A stretch of 64,000 nucleotides of DNA from NCBI GenBank assembly GCA_964016885.1, contig OZ024742.1:291400001-291464000 (forward strand). The letters run 5' to 3'. Of the stretch, positions 1-12,884 are shown in pieces. Source of the stretch: Eledone cirrhosa. Taxonomy: Eukaryota. The notes beneath the pieces were generated by a model. That model ran no database searches. It was not told where the DNA came from and worked only from the letters and a program-made list of their open reading frames with translations. The position numbers and the translations under genes were made by a program. Every line of letters begins with the position of its first letter. The first letter of the stretch is position 1.

Positions 1-494
1 ATACTGAATGGGCATGAGCCTGTAAGTTTGAAAATCTCTCTCTCTCTCTCTCTTCCTATTTCAAGCGTTAAACTAATATATTCCTTCCAATACAGTAGTT
101 TGTGTTGTTATTTCTGTTTGACTGATGATCCATGTGGACTGATACTACACATATAAGTGGTGAAACGAAGCTAGGTTCGTATCAGCAAAATATAGTTATA
201 AGGTTTGTGATTTAAAATTCCAATCCAGAGATTTGATTCTGATCTGGTTTTTTTCTATTTAATTGCTAACCTGTAGATATTGTTCCCTATACAGTAGCGG
301 TAAAATCACTTGTAATAATTCTTTACACACATCTCACTGTGTAACACACTTCTCTTTGTGTAATATATACTTGCATTTGAGCTCAGAAGGAAATTCTCTA
401 TTCTTCTTTGAGCTAATAATATTATTATTATTATTACAGTGAACTGCGGAATACTCTTAATTCCGATCTTTGTATATATATATGTATATATATA

Positions 495-780
495 TAAAGA
501 TCCCATAACTCCTTGTGGAGTTGTAGAGGCACTGTCATATGGTGTGTCTAGGGCACATTTAAACCTGGCAGAGCCCAACCCTCTCCAGGTCTGAACACAA
601 CCGATTTTTTCTATAGAGGAAGAATCGACTCCAATACTGGACTGGTACTTTTTTTTATCGACCTCGAAAGGATGAAAGGCAAAGTTGACCCCGGCAGGAT
701 TTGAACTCAGAGCGCGCAATGAGGTGGGACGAACACCGTAAAGCATTTTATCCGACATCTTAACGACTGTCAATTCGCCA
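495..780 (-). mobile_element. tRNA-derived SINE
   Basis: Minus strand has a B-box GAGTTCAAATCC followed by the core GGTCAACTTTGCCTTTCATCCTTTCGAGGTCGATAAAA..GTACCAGT. The same core recurs at 919, 1627, 10210, 20400-20630 and 20670-20830. Confidence 0.8.
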
Positions 781-810
781 TTATTATATATATATATATA
801 TATATATATA

Positions 811-1013
811 ATTGTTTCTACTTTTGGCACAAGGCCAGCAATTACCCAGTGCATTACTGGTACTTTATTTTATCGACCCCGTAAGGATGAAAGGCAAAGT
901 TAACCCAAATCCCGCCGAGGTTAACTTTACCTTTCATCCTTACGGGGTCGATAAAATAAAGTACCAGTAATGCACTGGGAAATTGCTGGCCTTGTGCCAA
1001 AAGTAGAAACAAT
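811..1013. repeat. Near-perfect inverted repeat made of two head-to-head truncated SINE copies
   Basis: Arms 811-905 and 919-1013 are reverse complements with about 2 mismatches; 13-nt loop CAAATCCCGCCGA. Confidence 0.95.
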
Positions 1014-1736
1014 TATTATATATAATATGGTAAATAAAGGGCTAATTAAATAAAATACTGTGCCAAAGATAATAGAATTTACTGGAAAGGTTGAAAACAA
1101 ATTCTTTTTCACAAGAATTAATAATCAAACATTAGCAAATCATAGAGATATAATTCTGGAGAGAATGCAGAGTTCTGAAAAGACTTTAAACCGCTTCCAT
1201 TGATTATTCCATTTGTATTTAAACCTTTCATTGCTATATTTCTAATGAAAAACACTGCCTATGAAATTTTCAAATAATTGTGAAAACTAATCAAGAATTT
1301 GCTAATATTTAATAATATATATAACTGTCTCATTATAAAGCAATATTAAACTGGAACACAACTTAAAGATTCGTACATGACATTATAATGAAGGCATTTA
1401 GATAATTATAAACACTTTAAAATAAACAGTTTTGCGTCCTAAAACCAAGCAGTTTGGTATCAAAATGGTTAATTCATTATATATATAAGTTGTTACCACA
1501 ACAGAAGTCCGACGAGATTTTGATTCCAGAGTTGGGCTAGATTGATATATATCAAACCTTGAACTGATCAATAGCAAAATGCGTGTCACTATTCAATAAA
1601 TGTAATGAAGACATAAATTGTCCGTTAAGGTCAACTTTGCCTTTCATCCTTACGGGGTCAATAAAATAAAGTACCAGTAATGTACTGGTAGTTGCTGGCC
1701 TTGTGCCAAAAATAGAAACAATTATATATATATATA

Positions 1737-4205
1737 TCATCATCATCATTTTACGTCCGCTTTTCCCTGCTTGCAAGGGTGGGACAGGTCTTATTCAGCA
1801 CAGCATCTCTCCACTTGTCACGGTCCTTCGTCATCTCCACTGTGAGCTTCAGCCATCTGAGGTCTGTTCTCACCACCTTCGCCCATGTTTTTCGTGGTCT
1901 ACCTCTACCACGTCTTCCTTCAACTGACATTTCCTGGCACTTCTTTACCCATCGGTCATCCTCCATGCGCATCACATGTCCATACCACCTCAGTCTCCTC
2001 TCTCGCACACTACATTCTATCCCTCTCAGACAGTTTCTCTCTCAACACATTTATGCTGGGTCGTTCACGCACATTGACATTGCACATCCAACGGAGCATG
2101 CTTGCCTCATTTCTCTCCAGTCATCGCATATCCTCTGCAGTTGCTGCCCATGTCTCACTACCATGCAGCATCGCGCTTCTCACACAGGCATCATACAACT
2201 GGCCTTTCGTATGCAGGGAGAAACCCTTTGTCAGCAGAGGAAGCAGCTCCCTAAACTTCTTCCAACCCATCCTTATTCTAGATACTATGGCCTCGTAACA
2301 CCCCCCTCCCATGTTAATCTGATCTCCTAGGTACCGGAAGCTATCCACCACTTCTATAGCACCCGCCTGCATTTGAAAAATGTGTCTATCAATGCGACTT
2401 CTACTGTCTAATTTCCCTGTATATCTACTGCATACATATTTCTCCCTACCTGTTAGTTTGCCTGTTATCCTGCTACATCTCTTTTGTACCCAGGATCTGC
2501 ATATAGAATTTATGCCAGTTCCTTTTCTGCATATCGAACATGGCCATTTCCCTGATGGAATCAGGGTTTTGTCCTCTTTTCTACTCATCAACACTTTTCT
2601 CTTAGCTAGGTTCACTCTCAGTCCTCTTGCTTCCAACTGCTGTTTCCATAGCCAGAATTTATTCTCTAGCTTCTCTACTGATTCTGCTATAAGAACCAGA
2701 TCGTCAGTATAGAGAAGTTCCCATGGACAGCCAGTCTTAAACTCCTCTGTTATGGCTTGGAGGACTATAATGAACAAGAGCGGGCTGAGGACCGAACCCT
2801 GATGTACTCCTACTTGTATCTGGAATTCCTCACTAAACTCCACTCCTACCCTGACAGCACCTCTGTACAAAGTTTGCACTGTCCTCACAAGCCATTCCTC
2901 AACACCTAGTTTCCTTAGGGACCACCAGATGACAGATTGGGATACCCTATCAAAGGCCTTCTCTAGGTCAACAAAGGCTAAGTATAGTGGCTTATTCTTC
3001 TCTAAGAACCTCTCTTGTAATTGTCTCACCAAGAAGAGGGCATCTGTTGTACTTTTCCCAGGCACAAAACCAAACTGCATCTCATCTAGTTTGACCCTTT
3101 CTCTAATTAGTTGTGCTAATATCCTTTTTGCCACTTTCATAACCTGATCCATCAGTTTTATACTCCTATAATTGCTCCTCTCCAGAGCACCCCCTTTACC
3201 TTTGTAGCAATTTATGAGAATAATACTACCAGTCTTTGGGTATGACACCACCATATATAGCCTGATTGATGATGCGTGCAACCAGTTTAGTGCCTACGTC
3301 CTCTGATGCCTTCAGCATCTCAGCAACTATCTCCGACGGTCCAGCAGTCTTACCATTTTTCATTTCCTTAATCGCCTCTTGGACCCTATATTCGTCAATC
3401 TCAATAGCTGGTCCCTCTGTCGGATCTACCAAGGGTAATTTCTCTCTCTCCCATTTGTTCTCCACATTCATCAGTCTCTCATAATGACATTTCCAGGCCT
3501 CTTTTTTCTGATCATTCGTGATACTAAGTACAACAACATCCTGATTTGCATTGACACACTGCCTTGCAATGTGGAACACCGAACGCCTCTGATCTTCCCC
3601 TCGCAGAACATTGGCAAACCTCCTACTCTCAGCCTCCCTGCGTGCTAAGTACACCTGACATCTAGCTTCTCTCTTAGCGGCTGTATATCCTTCTCTACTC
3701 TCACTCTTTTTCCAAGCCTTCCATGCTAGTCTTTTGTCTCTAATGGCCTTATCTACTGTGCTGTTCCACCACCAGGTCACTCTCTGTCTAGTTGGAGCTC
3801 TGCTCCAGCCACAAGTTTCATCAGTAGCCTGCAGTAAGTTGTCATGTAAGAAATTCCAGTTATTATCTATGTCATACGTCTCTAAATCGTCTTCTTTTTC
3901 GTCATACACATCCTAAAGGGCTTTCCTAAATTTGTATTTTAGTGAAAGGTCTTTTAGCTTCCAGACCTTTCTTCTCCACACCTTCCAGTATGTCTCATTC
4001 CATCTCTTGCTTATTGAGATATCACTAACGACTAACCTATGCTGTGGGGTACATTCTTCCCCAGGGTATGCCTTGGTATTTGACACCACCTGCCTGTCCC
4101 GCTGCCTAACTAGTAAGAGGTCAATCTGGCTTTTGTGCTCGCCTGATTTGTAGGTTATTAGGTGGTTGGCAGGTTTCTGGAAGTTAGTGTTGCAAATAGT
4201 CAGTG
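1737..4205 (-). mobile_element. RTE-clade LINE, 5'-truncated and degraded (end of APE + RT + Cys-rich insert + 3' end)
   Basis: ORF fragments: APE C-terminus (SQIDLLLVR..QHRLVVSD), RT (QFGFVPGKSTTDA, AFVDLEKAFDRV, GVHQGSVLSPLLF, LLYTDD), CxxC-rich insert KWPCSICRKG, and RRLRWYGHVMRM..GRGRPRKTW. (ATG)n tail at about 1737-1750. Several stops and frameshifts. Confidence 0.95.
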
Positions 4206-4220
4206 TATTATATATATATA

Positions 4221-5062
4221 TCATCATCATCAACGTTTAACGTCCGTGTTCCACGCTTGCATGGGTTTGGACGGGGGTTTTCCCACTTGAGGCAAGAGTG
4301 ATTGTCTTGCTCGCATAGGACTGTCTGGCAGGTTTTCTACAGTTGGATGCCCTTCCTAACACCAACCACATTTACAGTGTGGGTCTGGGAGGTTTTTACC
4401 GTGTTGCCTACACGGCCACATTACAGCGTGGACTGTGTGTTTTTTTGTCGTGACACCTACACGATCTCATTTGTTTCGGCCTGGATGGTGTGGCACCAAC
4501 ATAACTTTACATAGAAGGGGGCGGTGTGGATGGGGTGTGGGTGGTGGGACGGGGGTGTATTTTGTTAGAGATGCCTACTGACTGTAGTAGGTTTTACTTT
4601 GTATTTAGGTAAGGCGGGTCTTCTCTATTACTGAGTACCGCCAAAGGTCTCGGTCCAGTGACATTGTCTTGGTGAGGTGTAAGTGTGTGAGGTTGGAGTT
4701 TATCAGCTCGTCCCAGGTTTTTCTGGGTCTGCCTATTCCGTGGCTACCGTCTATCTTTATTGCCCTGCACTTTGTTATACAGCTATCGTCCTTCATGCGC
4801 ATCACGTGACCATACCAACGTAGCCTTCTCTCTAGTAAACAACATCTGATCCCTCTTATTTCTAATTTTTTCCTTAGTTCGTTTATGCTTTGTCGTTCAC
4901 GTATATTACCATTACACATCCAGCGGAGCATGCAAGCTTCGTTTCTCTCTAGTCTGCGTATATCCTCTGCACACAATGCCCAGGTCTCACTGCCATGCAA
5001 CATTGCTGTTCGTATGCAGGCATCGTACAGCCTGCCTTTCATTTTTAGGGAGAACCCTTTCT
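4221..5062 (-). mobile_element. RTE-clade LINE 3' fragment (young subfamily with long 3' UTR)
   Basis: ORF 4605-5042 (LHGSETW..RRLRWYGHVMRM..GRPRKTW), 3' UTR with the GGAAGGGCATCC motif and (GAT)n tail. Almost identical to copies at 29893 and 55471. Confidence 0.93.
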
Positions 5063-6238
5063 ATGGAAACATCATGGTTAAGAGGTTTACTTTTCATTCA
5101 TAAAGTCAAAACATGCCATCACACACTGTCATGCAGAATCTCCCTGAGAACTACATTAAGAATACACATGTCTCTGGAATACTCAGTTACTTATACTATA
5201 ATACAAAAAAAAAGACTGTAGCAGTAATTGACAAGAATGATGATGACATTGGCAACTTAGTGATGATGATGATCATGAATATGATGATGATCTCTCTTGT
5301 AAAATACATTGCAATTGAGAAACAAAAATTAGATACGTGGGGGGGGGGGGGGGGGGGGCAATAGCAGCTACAAAAAAGACAAACAAAGAATGAAGCAATG
5401 TTTAAAACAAGTCAAACTTCAATATAAGAATTGATAAGTTTGAGAACTGACTGCTCTGGAATGAAGACCCAGTAGAACAAACGGTTCTATGGTATCACTA
5501 TGTTGCGTTGCTGCTATTCTAAAGATTCTGCTCTTCTATAACATAGATTCTCCTAGATATTACATTGTGCAGTAGAGATATACCATATATGTATATACAC
5601 ATCTGTACATATACAGTGAAGACACATGACTGAGTGGTTAGAGAATCAGATTCACAATCTTGAGGCTGTGAGTTCGATTCCCGGACTGGGTGATGCGTTA
5701 TGACACTTTATTTCACGTTCTTCCTTCTGCCTGGATTTGCGACTTGTAGATAGTATTAGCAATTGGAAAAACCCACTCATTAAGCAAATGAGGTCTGGGA
5801 TCTTGTTGATTGACTTCATTAATATTTAGTACAGGATTAGCTGACATGTCATGAACATTGTCATCATCATCATTTTATGTCTACTTTCCAAACAACGGAG
5901 TAATACCAGTGCTACTATAAACTGCACCCAGTAGGCCTTCGGGCATAAAAACCATGCCGAACTGAAACGTATGAGCAAGATATGGTCATCTGACCTGTAA
6001 CCTGTCCAACACATGTTAGTGTAGTAAATGATGATGATGACAATTATAATGCTGTTTTTGATGACAATGACGATTTCAGCGATAATGTTGCAGATATTAA
6101 AAGTGATAATGTTGTTATTGATGATAATGTTCTTCCAAATGGTATTAATAATAATAATAATAAAATAATAATGTTGAAGAAATATTTAGCCCATTAAAAT
6201 CAAATCAAATGCCAACATGAAATATCTTGATTACTTAA

Positions 6239-6471
6239 CCTCTTCAGTGCCGTAGACGAGATATCTTGTCCTAATATGTTTGAACTCCTTTCCAACAATT
6301 CATAACTTCATAGTTATGAACTTGTTTCCAACAGTTCATAACTTCAAAGCTAGATGGTGTTGCTAGTTTATTGATGTGACGTTTGTCAATCAAAATAGTA
6401 ATTTTACTGAAAAAAAAAAACCCCCAGGCACAGCACTGTAACTGTGTCAAATATATACGGCAGTCAACAGG
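6239..6471. mobile_element. piggyBac-type non-autonomous element (MITE)
   Basis: TTAA on both sides (6235-6238, 6472-6475); imperfect terminal inverted repeats CCTCTTCAGTGCCGTA / TACGGCAGTCAACAGG. Confidence 0.65.
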
Positions 6472-7497
6472 TTAATCCTTCTGACAACAGACCACTATTG
6501 CTTCCATGATACAAAGCTGCTAATTTTAAATTGTACATATTTAAATTTAAATCTTCCATCATAATTTTATGTAAGAAAATTTTATGTTCCAAACACCAGC
6601 TTAATAAAGAGAAATTCCTGATTATTTTCAAAATGATTAGAATTATGAAATAGTTAAACATTTTAATACCAAAACTGTCTGAAACTGCTCTGGGTTCTAC
6701 AATACAAAGCTGATTGATTTATCTAAACACTTCGATCATACTTTTATGCATGAACTTTTGTTAAATTATGTTCCAAACACCATCTTAATTCTTATGTCCT
6801 GTATGACTGCAAGACATTCTTGATAAGTGCAAAACAGCACCATGACTACATCACATTAAAAATTTAAGTTTTTACTCTAATACTCTAAATTTCCACAATG
6901 ATCTGTCCAATAAAGATACTATAAACATTTTAATTAACAAACCTATTTTTAGATACTTTCTAAATAATTACAGGATGTTTAGAGTTAATAAGAATATTAT
7001 TAATATTATGAAATCTCAATCAAATCTTGATTATTTTCAAAATTACTTGAAAATAACAAGCAGTATTTTTCATTAGAAATATAGTAACGGATATGTTAAG
7101 CCAGTACTGTTACCACAGCTAAAATTCTGCAACAAGATCTCTAATACTTAGTTTGTTGCTGTAAACATACAAAAGAACAGCAATATTTTCATGGAAATAT
7201 CTAAAAACATAACCTACCACTTCCAGCATTGTAATATATGCCACTAAAATTACTAGGAAAGCCTGCTCCAATTTCTAAAGAAGCTAATATATTCATTCCT
7301 TTCCTCTTTCATTTCTCCCACCCTCTAATACATTGTTACAGATAATTTGTAATCATGTTGGCAGTATTCACTGGAGATTGTTTGTCAAACCTGCTCCAGT
7401 CTTTCATTTTTCTACAAAGCTAGTATTATAGTTTATAGTGCCATTGATATTTACCATTTCTGCAGTTTAATGGGAAAATCTAATCAATCTATAAATG

Positions 7498-8050
7498 CAG
7501 GCATGGCTATATGGTTAAGTTCATTTTGCAACCATGTGATTTTGAGTTCACTCTCCATTGAATGAGCAAGGGTCTACAATATCTTGTGATGTCTATGTGT
7601 GAGTGGCCATGTAGGTGTCACAACAAAAAGCACCCAGCCCACACTGTAAATTGGTCACGTAAGTGTCACAACAAAGAGCACCCAGTACACACTGTAAAGT
7701 GGTCATGTAGGTCTCACGACAAAAAGTACCCAGTACTCACTGTAAAGTGATCATGTAGGTGTCACGATAAAAGGCACCCAGTCCACACTGTAAAGTGGTT
7801 GTGTAGATGTCACAACAACAATCACCCAGCCCATATAGTAAAATTGTTATGTAAGTGTCATGACAAAAAGCACCTAGTACATACTGTAAATGTGTTTGGC
7901 ATTAGGAAGGGCATGCAACCATAGAAACCAAGCTAAAATAAGTTCTGTATGAGCAAGGCATGGTCATCTGACTTGGCTTATTTCACAGTTATAACTTTTC
8001 TAACCCATGCTAGCATGGACAAATGGGCCTTAAACAAATATGATGATAAT
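7498..8050 (+). mobile_element. SINE with tRNA-like head, six 48-bp internal tandem units and an RTE-shared tail
   Basis: Degenerate A-box/B-box (TGGCTATATGG..GAGTTCAC). Six units of about CATGTAGGTGTCACGACAAAAAGCACCCAGTACACACTGTAAAGTGGT at 7608-7895. Tail AGGAAGGGCAT..AACCCATGCTAGCATGG..(GAT)n like the RTE 3' ends. Confidence 0.75.
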
Positions 8051-8094
8051 ATATATATATATAACTCAAGAATAAGATGATGAACACAGAGATT

Positions 8095-8800
8095 GAATAA
8101 CACAAAGTCTTATTAGTTTCATACTTGTTGGAAAAGAAGATAAATATTTCAACATATCGGATGTTAGTTCTTCACCAGGAAAGAGCAAAGTCTGGAGAGA
8201 AAGGAGGTTGGAGGGATGGAAAAACAAAAGGATTTAGGATGGACAAGGAGGGCAGGTAGCCCAGTGTGCAGTGGTGGGGATAAGGTAGAGAGTTTGGATC
8301 TATCATTGGTACTGTTATGTATGTGCAGGTGGAGTGCATGTCGATGTTATTTCTCCTTTGCGTGTGTATGTGATCATGTTAGTTTTATCAATTAATCATG
8401 TTAGTATAACTAATTAGTCATGTTATTATAATTAATTAGTCATGTTAGTAAATCTGTACATGTGTTAGTGGGTATATTGGTGAAAGTATTCATATGATGC
8501 TGGGGACAGTGCACGTGTATTGGTGTGAAAGTGGATGGGAGGTGGGTGTGGGGAAAGAACTGACTAAAGGAAAAGGGGCAGAATATTTAGGTAGTTGGTG
8601 ATAAAGGTTTGAAGTGAGAAAATAAGTTGCTGTTCTCTCATGAGGTGTGAGTCTAGGGGTTTGGAGCAGGCAACAAGGTCGAAAACTGTGAGGTGGTGGA
8701 CGGAGTGTGAGGTAGAGTGGAAATGATGGGTGATGGAAGATTAAGTGCTGAGCTGGATGTCTTGAAGATGTTCAGCAAATCTGCCCACCAGTTGATGTAG
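8095..8800 (-). mobile_element. Penelope-like element 3' fragment (C-terminal part of GIY-YIG endonuclease), decayed
   Basis: Minus strand 8580-8790 translates in pieces to GRFAEHLQDI..ITHHFHSTSHSVHHLTVF..REQQLIFSLQTF..LN, the RFxEH..HF..HS..RE..LI..LxT pattern of Penelope endonucleases. Confidence 0.7.
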
Positions 8801-10208
8801 CTACACCACAGGTGCCACTCATTTCTCCTCGAAGTTTACTGCTGTTTGTCTGGGATTGTTTATTCCTCTTGTACGAACCTGCTTATAACACAACTAACCA
8901 TCATACCTGGTGGTCGTATCACTATACGCCACCTGCAATCCATTTTCTAGCAGAACAGCTTTGCCAAGAAATAATTTTAGTACATCCATCAAAATTCTTC
9001 ATTAACTTCAACATTAAGCAGAAAATATCGCAAACATGTATTTGTTAATTCAAATGTTTATAGTATCTTCACTAGTACAGATGATTGTGAAAATTTGAAG
9101 TAGATTAAAGACTTTAATATTTAATGTGATATAATTACAGTGTTATTTTGTACCTTTGAAGAATGTCTTGCTGATGCAGTTTCATATGGTGCAAGACATT
9201 GAAGGTTAAATAATTAAAATAGAGCATACTTCATTAGACATATAGTCATGAAATGGTTAAGCAACACCACCTCAGGAACCACTTATATCCATCATCACCT
9301 ATATTTGTTACAGACATATCATCAAATATAGTAAGTAACAAAACCAATCAATCTAAGAAAATCAATAGAGGAACTGGATATTAAAATATCTACGATATTA
9401 ATAATGTTTGTGGATGATAATATCTATTTTTAGTTGTATCTCTTGAGGGTTATATTCAAATATTTGGGCTAGTTTGCTCTTGAACAGAATTATCAATGGC
9501 GCATTCACAAAACACACAGAAAACAGAAGCAACCATTTGAAGAACTGTTGAAATTGTTTTTGTTCTCTGAAGACAAATCTATGATGGATGTTTCTATATT
9601 GTATATTTTATACAACAAACACATTTTGCAACAATATGACCTATCTATTGTTGGTGTCACTCTAAAAGGCACTTAGTGCACTCCATAAAGTGTTGAAAAA
9701 GTAATAGCATAGGGTATAAAGTTACATCTAGAATATAATCTTTCTAGTGCTGTTGCCACAAAAAATACACACATTCTATAAAATGATTGGCATTAGGAAG
9801 GACAGTCAACCATAGAAAAATGCTAAAAAAAGTTAGTGAGGAGTGAGGTCTCTCCATTACTAAGAGACTACAATCTCTCCATTGCAGGTAGTACTATAAA
9901 ATGCATCTAGTATACTCTGCAAAGTGATTAAAATTAGGAAGGGCATCTAACCATAGAAACCATGCCAAAATTAGAACATCTACCAGTGCTGTCTTGATAT
10001 TCACTTCACTGCTGCTTTAACATACTATTCCTGTGTATCTGCCAACAATCCCACTACACTTCTCGTATACACATACATCACATAGAGTACATCATCATCA
10101 TCATCATCATTTCATTTTACGTCCGCTTTTTCCCTGTTTGCATCATATATATATACACACACACACACTCACACACATATATATATATGTGCGTGTGTGA
10201 ATAGAATA

Positions 10209-10306
10209 ATTGTTTCTACTTTTGGCACAAGGCCAGCAATTACCCAGTGCAATACTGGTACTTTATTTTATCGACCCCGTAAGGATGAAAGGCAAAGTTA
10301 ACCTCG
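10209..10306 (-). mobile_element. 5'-truncated young SINE copy with target-site duplication
   Basis: Nearly identical to the 811-905 arm; flanked by the direct repeat GAATAGAATA at 10199-10208 and 10307-10316. Confidence 0.85.
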
Positions 10307-11022
10307 GAATAGAATACTGAGAACAAAACATAAGTCAGAGATAGGTAGTTAATTAGTATATATGTATTGATTTGTTTTAACTTTGATTTCTTGGACAATG
10401 GGCTTTGAGATGCATGGATGACAGCCATAGAATGTTATGATTAAGTGCTCTATAGAGTATATGGTGCTAATTTATCCAGTACCCAGAACCTTTGACAGAA
10501 ACTGCATACAAGGTTTAGCATATATTCAAATATATTACCTCTATGTTTACATATCAAGGGCTTATTCTTTTTTAATTATGGATTTATATGTTTATATAAA
10601 ATTATGTAGGGAGATTTTAATTTAAATAGGAACCCTTGAGAATAGGTAGTTGTATTTCATAGAATCAGAGTATGCTTGCATAATTTCTTTCAAGTCTTCA
10701 TAAGTCCTCTTTAAATAAAGCTCAAGTCTCACTACTATGTAACATTACTGTTCAAAAGCAAGTATCATACAATCTACCTTTCAATCTGAGGGAGAGACCC
10801 TTTGCCAACGGTAGTGATAGTAGCGCCCTGAACTTTTCCTAACAGGTCCTCACTCTATCTACTGTACTTTCAGAACACCCACCTCCACTGCTTTGGTCTC
10901 TCATGATAAAATCAACATCATAATCTTTTCTTAACACCCATTTTTCTACACTTACATGAGTTAAACAAGTTGTCCTGCTATGAGACAATTCACATCTGGG
11001 GATCACGCACTGCTCATACAGA

Positions 11023-11063
<41 letters not shown>

Positions 11064-12071
11064 TCAAAATAGGACAAAGACAATGGGAAAACAACAGAAA
11101 GACGAACAGTCCCATCTCCTCAGTCAACCTCTAGAAATCACTACGGTTTTGGTGCATTAAGGTTGATACCATTCATTCTAGTGCACATTAGGATATAAAA
11201 CAGGTAGAGACAAGTTATGCCTTTATACAAATTACACAAATATAGAGTGTGCAAGGGATTAGCCAGAGGATGAAAAAAAAATAAAAAGGAGAGAAATAGT
11301 AAAACAGAAGAGAATAATAAGGACTGTAGTTCAACGTGCAGACAAAGAAGGAGGACACTGAGGTGCAGAAAAGGTATGAAGGGAGAATAGAGGAAAACAG
11401 GCTGGGTGGTGTGATGTCTATTATATGATAATTTATAAAAAAGCCTGCATGACTATGTCTTTAGAATATAAATTTGAAACATGCATAGTCCAGCAATGCT
11501 GGCATGCTAAGTGGACACAGAATGATGATAGTTATGTGTATACAATCACATTTTTATTTTTCAGATATGCCCACAAAACTGTGTGTAATTCTGACTACTA
11601 TCTGGAAGATGTATTCATTACATACGATACCCCTCCCACCTCATCAACAGATATAAATTGTTTACCTAAACACTGTCATTACTTGATGAAATTAAGATAG
11701 TTCAGGGGCTTTGTTATATCAAATTACTGAGAGTGATGCCACACACACACCACTCATACACATCATACACACACAACACAAACACACCATGCACACACAT
11801 ACACACCACACAGACAAATACCATAAACACACATACACACATAAACACCACACATTGAAACAAATAGAAGTAACAATTGGAAATACAGATCACCATAACA
11901 TCACATATTCTGGGTACAGTTGTCCTTTAAACACCATTGCATAAGCACCACATGCTGGACTTACAGACAGACAGAACTTCTATGAGGTCTTATTACATAC
12001 TACATTAATGACAAATGACGCAGGATTTTGAGGGGTTGGTAGTTTGTGGTGAGGAGTGAAAGATAGGAGAA

Positions 12072-12108
<37 letters not shown>

Positions 12109-12840
12109 CCCATGCTAGCGTGGAAGAACGGACGTAAAACGGTGATGATGATGATGATATATAAACAATGAAAGAATAAGACAATGTGAAGTACTTAATT
12201 CATTGTTTTACAATTGCTTTAGAGGGCAAAATTATCAATGTGCTGACCAATCAATTGAAGTTATGTAACTCTGCAACTAACCTCGATAAAACACATCCAT
12301 TTTGCTAGCTATCCTCAGAAACAATGTATGGATCAGATTTATATTAAATAGATGAGTAAGCAGATTACTTGGAAGAAAAATTAATTAATTCAATACTCTC
12401 AGGTCTCGAATACCACTTGATAAGTTTTCAAACATCCTCCCAACACTAGAGCAGTTGACCCAACTGAAGGGTCCTCTCAACTCTTTGTTTGGTGGCAAGT
12501 TTCCTATGGCTGGTACCTTTTGCATTGCCACTAAGAGTTTTGATATACATATCTTTCATTAGGTGACAAATTAACTTCAATATAAAAAAAAATAGAAAAA
12601 GACTTATAACCTGAAGAAACATGAAAGCCTTAAAAGCTATCAACCTAGCACAAAAGGTTACATTCTATAAAATGTACTGAGTACTATTGAGAATGAAAAA
12701 AAAGAAGGAAAGATCTGATGTTTTGGGTTAAGCCGTTTATCAAAGCAGAGTATGTAAAAGGCAAAAAGGTATATTAATGAAAAAGGAAATGTGTCAGAAT
12801 GATAACAAGTTGTAAAATATTTTTCTCTCTTGGCTACCTC

Positions 12841-12884
<44 letters not shown>

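Noticed and set aside
1-30. Splice signal at GCCT|GTAAGT (plus donor) or TTACAG (minus acceptor)
   Set aside because: Flank resembles the SINE tail ATGAGCCTTT(A/G)GG at 21884 and 23975; no translation matches the expected next Cds exon.
700-780. tRNA gene
   Set aside because: A/B-box-like motifs are SINE heads; no cloverleaf could be formed.
8907-8932. 26-nt Cds microexon (cag|GTGGCG..ACCAG|gtatga on the minus strand)
   Set aside because: Weak pyrimidine tract, frame-breaking, no Cds similarity. It coincides with a GC-rich hairpin (GGTGGTCGTAT-CACT-ATACGCCACC) more typical of a transposon end.
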